NCBI GenBank assembly: GCA_050174015.1
Contig: JBFXKG010000001.1
Coordinates: 128,001-192,000 of the forward strand
Length of the DNA: 64,000 nt
Reading direction: 5' to 3'
Source of the DNA: Candidatus Krumholzibacteriia bacterium
Lineage (GTDB): Bacteria > Krumholzibacteriota > Krumholzibacteriia > LZORAL124-64-63
The translations under genes and the position numbers were made by a program. How positions within the stretch are numbered: position 1 is the stretch's first letter; every line of letters starts with the position of its first letter. Positions 1 through 11,000 of this stretch are shown here, one piece after another. Under the pieces are notes generated by a model, which worked only from the letters and a program-made list of their open reading frames with translations, searched no databases and was not told where the DNA came from.

Positions 1-69
1 AGCCCCAGGCCGCCGATTCGGGAGGGTTCGAGCTCCACGGCGGAATACTGAAGGTCAGTCCTTGAAAAC

Positions 70-85
70 CGGCATTCGTTTTGCG
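70..85 (+). promoter_or_regulatory. Candidate sigma54 (-24/-12) promoter
   Basis: CGGCATTCGTTTTGCG with GG(71-72)-N10-GC(83-84), ~85 bp upstream of the cytochrome start. Confidence 0.45.
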
Positions 86-95
86 AATGTTTTCC

Positions 96-113
96 ATGTC
101 AAACATTTAACAC
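96..113. promoter_or_regulatory. Imperfect palindrome, Rex-like operator candidate
   Basis: ATGTCAAACATTTAACAC matches TGTxAA-N4-TTxACA, the core of the Rex consensus TTGTGAA-N4-TTCACAA. Confidence 0.3.
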
Positions 114-167
114 ATGGTGCGGATTCGGGGAGAACCGCATCGGTGGCAATCCCGAGGGAGTTGGCCC

Positions 168-1178
168 ATGCGTTCAGTAATGGCGTTATTTTTGATTTTG
201 ATCCCGGCGACCGCCGTGGTCGCCCGGGATGTCGCCCCTCTGACCGACCCCGGCAAGATCTTCTGGGCCCATGCCCCGTTCGAGATGGGCGAGTGCGTGA
301 TCTGCCACGAGTCGAACGATCCCCAGAACCCCGGTGGGGTGTCCGGCGAGGTCAATGATCTATGCTTCAGCTGCCATGACCTTTTCCAGGCAACGCTGAG
401 CGAGTTCGCCAACGTCCACTATCCGGTCGAGGAATCCTGCACCAACTGCCACAATCCCCACAACTCGTCGCGGGAGAAGCTCCTCGATCTGGAACCTGCC
501 GCCCTGTGCGGAGGATGTCACGAGGAGATTCTCGCCCGGGCCACCGGTTCGCCGGTGAAGCACGATCCTGTTCTCGAGGGTCGGGCCTGCCTGAACTGTC
601 ACGATGCCCACGCCAGCCGGGTGGAGGCCATGCTGACCGGCCTGCCCTACGATCTGTGCGTGGAATGCCATGGTCGCGATGGTATGACCGACGAATCCGG
701 CCGGCCCCTCACCAACTTCAGGACCCTGATCTCAGGCAGCCACATGGAACACGGCCCGGTCGCCGACAAGGACTGCTCGGCCTGCCATTTCACCCACGGC
801 GGGTCGAACTTCCGCATGCTGGTCAGCGAATATCCTGAGAAGTTCTACGCCCCCTACGACGCGGCGAACTACGACCTCTGTTTCAGCTGCCACGAGATCG
901 ACGTCTTCGAGTCCCCCGAGACCACGACCCTGACGGGATTCCGGGACGGAGACCGCAACCTGCACCATCTCCACGTGAACAAGATCCGGCGTGGGCGCAC
1001 CTGCCGTGCCTGCCACGAAGTCCATGCGGCGCCGCAGGAGCACATGATCCGGGACGGGGTTCCCTACGGGCCCAACAACTGGATCCTCAAGATCAACTTC
1101 ACCGGCGCTCCGAACGGTGGCTCCTGCGCGAAGACCTGCCACCCGACCAAGCCCTATGACAGGACGGCGACGCCGTGA
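168..1178 (+). CDS. Periplasmic multiheme (10-heme) cytochrome c, paired-CxxCH type
   Basis: Signal peptide MRSVMALFLILIPATAVVA after RBS GAGGGAG; 9 CxxCH (CVICH, CFSCH, CTNCH, CGGCH, CLNCH, CVECH, CSACH, CFSCH, CRACH) plus terminal CAKTCH. Confidence 0.9.
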   Translation: MRSVMALFLILIPATAVVARDVAPLTDPGKIFWAHAPFEMGECVICHESNDPQNPGGVSGEVNDLCFSCHDLFQATLSEFANVHYPVEESCTNCHNPHNSSREKLLDLEPAALCGGCHEEILARATGSPVKHDPVLEGRACLNCHDAHASRVEAMLTGLPYDLCVECHGRDGMTDESGRPLTNFRTLISGSHMEHGPVADKDCSACHFTHGGSNFRMLVSEYPEKFYAPYDAANYDLCFSCHEIDVFESPETTTLTGFRDGDRNLHHLHVNKIRRGRTCRACHEVHAAPQEHMIRDGVPYGPNNWILKINFTGAPNGGSCAKTCHPTKPYDRTATP

Positions 1179-1975
1179 CGCTCCTGCGGTCCCGGCTGGT
1201 GCCCTGGGGGTGCGTGCTGGCGGTCCTTTTCGCCGGGTCGCCGGCAGCCAACCTGGCCTTTTCCTACGTCGCCGAAGGCGAACCCCTTCCCCCGCTGGAA
1301 CTCGACCGCTCCGGCGGGGGCCGGGAAAGCTATGTGGGCGCGGCCGGTGACCTGGCCCGGGTCTTCGCCTTCGTCAAGGGAGACCATCCGCACTCGGCGG
1401 AGATCATTGCCGAGATGGCCGCCATCGCGAGGGAATTCGGGGACCGGCCGGTGCACTGGGCCCTGATCGTCTCCGACAGGCACGGCGCGGCCTGGGCCGA
1501 TTCCGCCGCCGCCGCGCTTCCGGGAGTTTCGGTCCTCATCGACCACGGCGACACGCTCTATGGAACCCTCGGTGTGGCCTTGACCCCGGCAGTCGGTCTG
1601 GGCACGGCCGAGGGCGTTCTCCACGCCTACCTGCCCTACCGCAAGATCCACTTCGGAGCCGTCCTGCGGGCCCACCTGCAATTCCTGTTGGGGGACATCG
1701 ATGCCGCCGGGCTGGCGGAGATCCTCGAACCGGTGCGGTCGCGGGTGGCCGATTCGCAGGAGGCGGGGTGCCTGAGGGCCCTCAAGCTGGCCGGAATGCT
1801 CACCAGGAGCGGCAAGACCGACAAGGCGCTGATCCAGATCGAGAACGCCCTCGCCGATTGCCCCGAACTGCCTGACGCTTACCAGGCCCTGGCCGAGGTC
1901 CGGAAGCTCCAGGGAGACGAGGCCGGCGCCGAAGCCGCAGCCATGCGCGCCCTGTCCTTGGACCGAGTCCGTTGA
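1175..1975 (+). CDS. Exported redoxin-like plus TPR protein
   Basis: Overlaps the cytochrome stop (GTGA); signal peptide; AhpC/redoxin-like start (VAEGEPLPPLEL) without CxxC; C-terminal TPR-like helices (PDAYQALAEVRKLQGDEAGA). Confidence 0.6.
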   Translation: MTLLRSRLVPWGCVLAVLFAGSPAANLAFSYVAEGEPLPPLELDRSGGGRESYVGAAGDLARVFAFVKGDHPHSAEIIAEMAAIAREFGDRPVHWALIVSDRHGAAWADSAAAALPGVSVLIDHGDTLYGTLGVALTPAVGLGTAEGVLHAYLPYRKIHFGAVLRAHLQFLLGDIDAAGLAEILEPVRSRVADSQEAGCLRALKLAGMLTRSGKTDKALIQIENALADCPELPDAYQALAEVRKLQGDEAGAEAAAMRALSLDRVR

Positions 1976-2001
1976 CTTGACCCACGAAAACCCTGTACAA
2001 T
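1972..2001 (+). promoter_or_regulatory. Candidate sigma70 promoter
   Basis: TTGACT-N18-TACAAT, 60 bp upstream of the giant protease start. Confidence 0.55.
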
Positions 2002-2061
2002 GAATCAGAAAATGACCGGTAGGGGCATTTCCTGTTTATTGCCATGTTTAGGGGGAATTCC

Positions 2062-5000
2062 ATGTCCAGACGATCCATCGTTGTGGTGGCGTGTCTTCTC
2101 TTTTCCGCCATCACGGGAATCATTTTGCCTGTCCCCAGTTTCGCCCAGACCGAGGAATTCGCCCCCGGCGAGGTCATCGTCAAGTTCGCGCCCACGGTGA
2201 GCAGCAGCCAGGCCGCCGATTTCCTGGCCGCTGCCGGGGCGGTCAGGATCAAGGACTTCCGCCGGATCGGCGCCACCCTGGTCCGCCTGGAGGGGATGAC
2301 GGTCCTCGAGGCCATTGCCGCCTACGCCGGATCTCCCGCCATCGAGTACATCGAACCGAACTACGCCCTGCGGCTGCTCAACACGCCGAACGATCCCGAC
2401 TACGGGCTGCTCTGGGGCATGAACAATACGGGCCAGACCGGCGGCACCCCGGATGCGGACATCGACGCACCCGAGGCCTGGGACCAGTTCACCGGGACGG
2501 GCGACGTCATCGTCGGCATCATCGACACCGGGATCGACTACAACCATCCCGACCTTGCGGCCAACATCTGGACCAACGCCGGGGAGATCCCCGGCAACGG
2601 CATCGATGACGACCAGAACGGCTGGATCGACGACATCCACGGGTGGGACGCCATCAATCAGGACGGCGACCCCATGGACGACAACAGCCACGGCACCCAT
2701 TGCGCCGGGACCATCGGCGGGGTCGGCAACAACGGCCTGGGCGTTCCCGGGGTGAACTGGAACGTCAAGCTGATGGCCCTGAAATTCCTCAGTGCGGGCG
2801 GCGGCGGCTACACCGACGACGCGGTGGAGTGTATCGAGTATGCGGTGGCCATGGGCGCCACCCTGACCAGCAACAGCTGGGGCGGGGGCGGCTATTCCCA
2901 GGCCCTCGAAGACGCGATCGCCGACGCCTACCAGGCCGGGCAGCTCTTCGTCGCCGCCGCGGGCAACTCGGGCCAGGACAACGACGTCTACCCCAACTAT
3001 CCCAGCAACTACGACGTGCCCAACGTGGTGGCCGTTGGCGCCACCGATCACGACGACGATCGGGTCAACACGGGGCTCTGGGCTTCGAGCTTCGGCGCGA
3101 CCACCGTCGACGTGGGGGCTCCCGGCCTGGACATCTACAGCACCGTTCCCGGCGGCGGGTACGGCTACAAGAGCGGCACCTCCATGGCGACGCCCCACGT
3201 GGCCGGCTCCCTGGCCCTGCTCAAGGGCGTGTTTCCGGCCTTGCCCCCGGAGACGGCCCGCCTGGTCCTGATCAATTCCGCCGATCCCAAGCCCCAACTC
3301 GACGGCCTGTGGGTCAGCGGGGGGCGGCTGAACGTGAACAACATGCTGGCGGGGATGGACACGATCCCCCCGGCCGCCGTGGGGGACCTGGCCGTGATCG
3401 AGACGGCCTCCAGCTGGGTCGACCTGCAATGGACGGCCTCGGGTGACGACCACCTGACCGGTACCGCGTTCGCCTACGACATCCGCTATGCGGATTATCC
3501 CCTGGACGAGACCAATTTCGACGCCGCCGCGGTGGTGGATCATGAACTGGTCCCCGTGCCGTCAGGCGGGGTCGAGACCGTCCGGGCCGGCAACCTGGAC
3601 TTTTTGACCACGTATCATTTCGCCCTCAAGGTTCTGGACGAGTACGGCAACACGAGCGGCATCTCCAACCTCACCAGCGCGACCACCCTGGGCGTGCCCG
3701 CGATCATCCTTGATCCGACTTCCCTGACCGTGGCCCTGGAAACCGGCCAGCAGGCTGTCCGCAGCGTCACCGTGAGCAACGACGGGGACGGCGTCCTCGA
3801 TTTCGAGGCGGCGGCGATCTCCGTCGACCCCCTGGCCGTGGCCATGCGGGACGCCGGGCTGACGGTCATCGACGGCATCGTTCCTTCCGGATCGAGGGAC
3901 GAGGACGGCGAGACCGTCCCGGCCCTGAGCCCGGCGGAAGCGGACCTGCTCCTGGGGCGGTTGGCGGACTATTCAGGGGCGGTCGCCGCCTCCGGCGCGG
4001 CGTCCGGCCTGCCGGTCATCGGCGTCGGCGGCGGGTCCGGCCTGGACCTGCAGACCTTCCTGATGGGCAACGCCCAGCTGGCGGGCCTCTTCGTCTTCGA
4101 GTACGTGGATTACGTCTTCGACGACTTGACGCCCTACGACGGTCTGATCATCGCGGAGTACGACTTCAACCTCTCCGAACAGGGGGCGGTCAAGCTGGCG
4201 GACTTCACCGGGACGGGCAAGCCCCTGTTCATCGGCATGGACGACTTCGACGACGTCTGGTTCGGGACCATCCCCGGCCTGGTGGGGCCCATGCTGGGCA
4301 TCGGGGCGCCGGCCGACGGGAACTTCTGCGTCAACGGGCCCGTGAACCCCAGCCACCCCGTCACGACCGGCATCCCGCAGGCGATCGTCGGCGGCAGCTG
4401 GTGCAACGACAACGACTCGTTCACCCTCGACGGCGCCGACTGGCTGTTCCGGGACGGGGCCACCGGCGCGAACTTCGGGGTGGCCTACGACGGCCCCGCC
4501 CGGACCGTGACCATGGGCGAGAACCTGGCCTCGGTGTGGTACGCCAACGAGCAGCTCAACGTCAACGCCGTGCTCTGGATGATGGAGGGTGGCGGCGTTC
4601 CGGCGGTGGATCCCGCTTTCGGTTCGATTCCCGCGGGCGGCAGCCTGGACGTGGACGTCATCTTCGACGCCGCCGACCTGTGCACGGACGTGTTCCTATC
4701 CGAGGTCGTGTTCTCCAGCAACGATCCGGGCAATCCCGAGGCCGTGGTGTCCGCCGAGATGGCGGTGACCGGACGGACGGACATCGATCTTTCCTCCGCT
4801 GCCCTGGACTTCGGGGCGGCCTTCGTCAACGGTCAGGTCCTGGACACGCTGCGGGTGAGGAACGCCGGCTGCGACGTCCTTTCCATCACTTCCATCGTGA
4901 GCGACCATCCGGATTTCACCCTGGACACCGCGGCCTTCGACCTGAGTCAAGGGCAGGGCCGGGACCTGGTCATCAGCTTCATCCCCTCGGACCTGGGCGT

Positions 5001-8000
5001 CCGGAGCGGGACCCTGACCATCGCCTCCACCGATCCCGACGAACCGGTAGTGACGGTCGACGTGCAGGGCGTGGGCCTCGAGGCCCCCGTCATTTCCGTC
5101 ACCCCGACCTCCCTGAACACGAGCCTGCTGACCGGGCAGGTGGACGTCCAGACGGTGACCGTCAGCAACCTGGGCGGCTCGGATCTCGCCTTCAGCATCC
5201 GGTCGGCCGGGCTGGATACCCTGGGAGCTCCCACCGGGACGGCCCGCGTGCTCAATCCCGACGCGCCCGAGGTTCCCGGAATCGCCTACGAAACTGGAGC
5301 GACGCCGTTCCGTGATCCCCTGCCGGCCCCCACCGTTGCGCTCGGTCTTCCTTTGGCCGAGTCCCTGGAGATCCTGATCCTGGGTTCGGGCACGTTCACG
5401 GAATTCCAGAACGAACTGCTGGCCTTCGCCGAGATCTCGGTGGTGGACGTCTTCAACGGCGCCTCCCAGGCGCCCACCCTGGCCGACCTGGAACCCTACG
5501 ACGTGGTGATCCTGGCCACCGGCAATCCTTACTACGATCCCGAAACCACCGGGAACGTCCTGGCCGACTACATCGACGGCGGGGGAGGCGTCGTGCAGGC
5601 CGTCGCAGCTTTCGTCGAGGGTTTCGAGGTCCGGGGACGCTTCCTGAGCGGACAATACGGAGCATACTCCCTGGGCTACGGTCCCATCGGGGACGGCCTG
5701 CTGGGGACCTACGACCCCACGCATCCGATCATGGCGGACGTGGACTACGTCTATGGTGATCTGCTGGCCACCGCGCCGCTGGTGCCCGGCGCCCAGCTGG
5801 TCGCCTCCTGGAACTTCGGCGAGCCCCTGGTCGCCACCCAGGGCGACAACGTCGTCGGCGTGAACATCTACTTCGCCAGCCCGGGCTACTGGGACGGCGA
5901 CGCGGTGCTGCTGGTCCGCAACGCCTGCCTGTGGCTGACCGGCGGAGCCTTCTGGCTGCGGCCTGAGCCTCGCGAAGGGATCCTGGCGCCGGGCGGCAGC
6001 CTCGACGTCGCGGTCACCCTCGACGCCACCGATCTGTGTACCGACACCTACCTGGGAGAGCTCCGGATCACCAGCAACGATCCGGTGAACCCGGAGGTCG
6101 CGGTGCAGGCGGCCATGATGGTCCAGGGCGAACCGGACGTCGCGGTCTCCGACACGCTGCTGGCCTACGGCCAGGTCCTGCTGGGGAACGCGCCGGCCGA
6201 CACCCTGGTGATCGGCAATCCCGGGTGCGACCTGCTGACGATCGACGCGGTCACCATCGACAACCCCGAGTTCTCGACGGTCGCCGGACCCTTCGGCATC
6301 CTGCCCGGCGGGGTGACCCCCCTGGTGGTGACCTTCACCCCCGTGACCCTGGGGGTGAAGTCGGCCACCCTGACCCTCACGACCAACGATCCGGACGAGC
6401 CGGTCGTGGTCGTTCTCTTGACCGCCGAGGTGTTGCCGGCGCCCGTCGCCGGGGTGGATCCGACCAGCCTGACCTCCGTGCTGGTTCCCGGCGGCATCGA
6501 CATCCAGACCCTCGCCATCTCGAACACCGGCGGGTCGGACCTGGACTGGAGCCTGCGGGCCGTGCCGCGGAACCCGGTCGCCGCAGCGATGCAGCAGGCG
6601 GCCATCGAAGCGGTGGCGGGCCTGGAGCCCGTCCCCGCGATCAACGAGGACGGGGAGACCGTTTTGGCGCTGGACCCGGAGCAGCGGGCGGAATTCAGCC
6701 TGCGCCTGGATGCCTACCGCACCCGGGCGGAGCAGCTGGGGGCCTTCGACGTCCTGCCGGTCATCGGCGTCGGCGGGGCCGCGAGCTTCGACCTCATGTT
6801 CCAGCTGCTGGACAGCCCGGAGCTCGTGGCGGAGTTCGCGTTCCTCGAGGTCGACTACTGGTCCGACGACCTGTCTGCTCTGGCGGGTCTGGCCATCGCC
6901 GAGTTCGACGCGAACGTCACCGAGGCGTCGGCCGGCGTCCTGAGGGACTTCTTCGATTCCGGCCGGCCCATCATGATGGGCATGGACGACTTCGACTCGG
7001 TCTGGTCCGGCCCCATCGCCGCCGACCTGACCGCGGTTTTCGGCGTCGAGGCGCCCCAGGACGGGGACCTCTGCTCCAACGGCCGGCTCAACCCGGGCCA
7101 TCCCATCAACCAGGGGCTGCCGGGATTCACCATCGGCGGCAGCTGGTGCAACGACAACGACCACTTCCAGCTCGCGGGAGCGGAATGGATCATCGACGAG
7201 TCCCTGCAGGGCAGGATCTTCGGCACGGCCCACCAGTCCACCGCCCGCACCGTCCTGCTGGGCGAGAGCCTGGCCTACGTCTGGAGCCCCAACGTCCAGC
7301 AGAACGTCAACGCGATCCTGTGGATGATGCAGGGCGGCGGGCTGCCCAAGCTCGACCCGTCCGCGGGAGTCCTGCCCGCAGGCGGGGTCCAGGAGGTCCA
7401 GGTCACCTTCGACGCCACCAACCTGTGCGGCGACGTGTTCCTCTCTGACGTCATCCTGGCCAGCAACGATCCCCTGCAGCCGGAGATCGTGATTCCCGCG
7501 AACTTGACGGTGACCGGGGAGCCCGACATCGAGCCGGGCGTCTCCGTGCTCGATTTCGGCCAGGTATACCTGACGGCGACGGTCATGGACACCCTGTGGA
7601 TCCACAACAACGCCTGCGGCCTGCTCGAGGTCGCGTCGATCGCCATCGACGACCCCGTCTTCAGCGCCGAAGGCGGCCCCTTGACCATCCCCGGTTCGGC
7701 TTCCTATCCCCTCGCGGTGGCCTTCGCCCCCGCCGATACGGGGAGCTTCTCGGCGACCTTGACCATCACCAGCAACGACCCGGACGAGACCGTGGTCACG
7801 GTGGATCTGCTGGGGCGGGGCGTCCTGGGTCCCGAAATCCTGGTGGCACCCCTTTCCTTCACCATCGACCTGGTTCCGGGCGAGTCGGCGACCGACCTCC
7901 TGGAGATCAGCAACATCGGCCAGGCCGACCTGGTCTGGAACATCGGGGTCGCCGTCCGGGACACCATGGCCGCGGCCCTGCGTTCGGCGGCCTCGGCCGC

Positions 8001-11000
8001 GATCGCGGGCATCGAACCCGGGATCGCGCCGAACCCCGACGGGGAACCCGTGCCCACGCTCAGCGAGGCCCAGGTCCTGTTGCTGCAGCAACGTCTGGAG
8101 CCCTACCACGATCTGGTGGCCCAGTACCATGCCGCGGGGGACCTGCCACTGATCGGGGTCGGCGGCGCCAGCTCCTACTCGCTCATCTTGGATCTCCTGG
8201 CCGACTCCGACCTGGTGGGGTTGTACGGATTCCAGGAGGTCTTCTATCCGACGGCCGACCTGTCGGCTCTCGACGGCCTGGTCATCGCCGAGACCGACAA
8301 CGGGCTCGACGTTTCCCGGGCCCAGGTGATCCGGGACTTCTTCGACAGCGGCCGCCCCGTGGTCCTGGGCATGGACGACCTGGACGCCGACTGGTACGAC
8401 ACCGTGCCCGCCCTGCTGGGCCCGGTGTTCGGCATCGCCACGCCGTACGACGGCGACCTCTGCTACAACGTCGGACTGAACCCGGATCATCCCGTCACCG
8501 CCACCGCCCCGCCCTTCGTGGTGGGCGGCAGCTGGTGCAACGACAACGACTACTACGTCCTCGCCGACGGGGACTGGCTCTTCCGCGACAACGTTTCGAA
8601 CCGGGCCTTCGGGGTCGCCCAGGCGACCCATGCGCGTTCGGTCCTCATGGGAGAGAACCTGGCCAACATCTGGACCCCCAATCCCGTCCTCAACGCCCAG
8701 GCCTTGATCTGGGCCATGGGCGGTCAGGGTCTGCCGATGGTCGATCCCCGGTCCGGGGTCGTGGCCGGCGGCCAGACGGCCCAGGTCACCGTCACGTTCA
8801 ACGCCCCTCAGGATTGCGGCCAGGACTACCTGTCCAGCATCCTGGTGTTCAGCAACGATCCGGTGAACCATACGGTCACCGTGCCGGTGGAGATGCGGGT
8901 CCTGGGCGAGCCGAACCTGGCGTTGTCCGACACGCAGCTCGTCTTCCCCCAGATCTACGTGGGAGAGACGGCGGTCGACTCCCTGGTCGTGACCAACAAC
9001 GGCTGCGACATCCTCGACGTCACCTCGGTGACCATCGCGCCCGGCCAGTTCGCGACGGTGACCGATCCTTTCAGCCTCGACCTCGGGGAGAGCCGGACCC
9101 TCGTGGTGGAGTTCACCCCCACGGCCGCCGGCGGGATCGTCGGGATGCTGGAAATCCAGTCCAACGATCTTGACCAGCCCTCGGTGGTGGTCGCGCTCGA
9201 GGGCGCCGGGATGTTCGCGCCGGCCATCGGCCTCGATCCTCTCGCCTTCGACGTCCAGGTCCCTGTGGGAGGCCTCCGCACCGAGCACCTGGTCGTCAGC
9301 AACAGTGGGCAAGGCACCCTGGAATTCGCGCTGACTTCCCTGGAGTCCGCCAAGGCCGCAGGCCCGGCGCCGATGGCCGCCTCCGGTGCGAAACCAGAGG
9401 GCGACAAGGTCCTGGTGGACCTGGACGTCCTGCTGCTCGGATCGGGAGATCTGAGCGTCGTCCGGTCCCAGCTGCTCGCCCAGCCGGGCATCCGCAGCGT
9501 GGACGTGTTCGAAACCAGGTACGCCGTGCCGGTCCTGGCGGACCTCATGCCCTATCATGCGGTGATCCTGGCCAACAACCATCCGTTCCAGGATCCTGTG
9601 GCCACGGGCGACGTGGTGGCCGATTACGTCGATCTCGGGGGCGGGGTGGTCCAGACCGAACCGTCCTTCGTCGTGGGATACAACCTGGCCGGCAGGTTCT
9701 GGGACGGCGGCTATTCCGCCTTCACCCTGGGCTTCGACCCCACCGGCGTCTCCACCCTGGGCCAGTACCAGGCCAGCCACCCCATCATGGACGGGGTGGG
9801 CGCCCTGTGGGGCGATCTGCTCGCCCAGACCAACCTCTCGGCCGGCGCTTCGTGGGTGGGCTCGTGGACCAACGGGTCCCCGCTGGTGGCCACCAAGGGC
9901 AACAAGGTCGTCGGGGTGAACCTGTTCGTGGCGTATCCGGGACACTGGACCGGCGATGCGGCCCTCTTGCTGCGCAACGCCGCGTTCTGGGCCGGCGGCA
10001 CAGCCTCCTGGCTCAAGCTCCCGGTCAGCATCGGGACGGTGGCGCCGGGCGACAGTCTGAGCCTCGAGGTCGTCTTCGATCCCGGCAACCTGCCTGAAGG
10101 CGATTTTTCCGCGGAGATCCTGGTGACCAGCAACGATCCGCTGGTTCCGGAGATCACCATCCCGGTCCGCATGGTCCTCGGCGGCGGCGGCGGGACCGTG
10201 GGGATGCAGATCCTCGCCCGGACGGGCGGGCTGGTCGATTTCGAGAACTTCCTCGGCGCCAGGATCGAGGCCACCGACGGTTACGACGGCGGGCTCGACC
10301 TGCCCGAGCCGACGCCTCCGCCCACGGGCTACCTGAGCGCCTACTTCCCCCATCCGGAGTGGAGCACGCCCTTCGGGGATCGCTTCATGACCGATTACCG
10401 GGCCATGTACGATCCGGCGGTCGCGGCCAAGTCCTGGGACTTCCGGGTCGAGACCGACAGTCCCGATACGGTGATCCTCGACTTCGACCCCTACTTCGCG
10501 ACGGACGGCACCTGGCCGGTGAGCCTGTTCGACCATGCCGCCGGCATCACGGTGAACCTGTTGCCGACCCTGCAGTACACGTTCATGCCGACAGGTGACG
10601 ACCTGTTCACCATCACCCTCGGCGCCCAGATGCCGCCGCTGGATCCCACCGCGCGGAACCTGGCGGCGGGCTGGGCCATGGTCGGTGCGCCGCTCGAACC
10701 GGCCGCCGGCGCGGCGACCTGGAACGACGTGCTGTTCGACGACCTGCCCGGTACGGGCTACCTGTTCTCCTACGAAGGAGCCGCGGGCTATGCCCAGGTC
10801 GATGCTTCCGATCCGGTGGTCCGGGGGCAGGGGCTGTGGGTGGCCACGACCGACGCCGCCGTCTGGACGATGACCGGCGACCGTGTGGAGGAGCCTCTCG
10901 CCGTCGGGTTGCGCCAGGGCTGGAACCTGGTGGGTTACCCGCTGTGGTTCCCTGCTTCGGTGGCCGGACTGACGGTCGAGAAGGACGGAATCTCCTACAC

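Noticed and set aside
20..40. GGGTTCGAG T-loop-like sequence
   Set aside because: No proper T-stem or acceptor stem. More likely the 3' end of an upstream CDS (possibly ...SGGFELHGGILKVSP* ending at 65), too short to call.
168..1178. Naming the cytochrome mtrA/dmsE
   Set aside because: The heme count fits, but no adjacent porin is visible and orthology cannot be shown from motifs alone.
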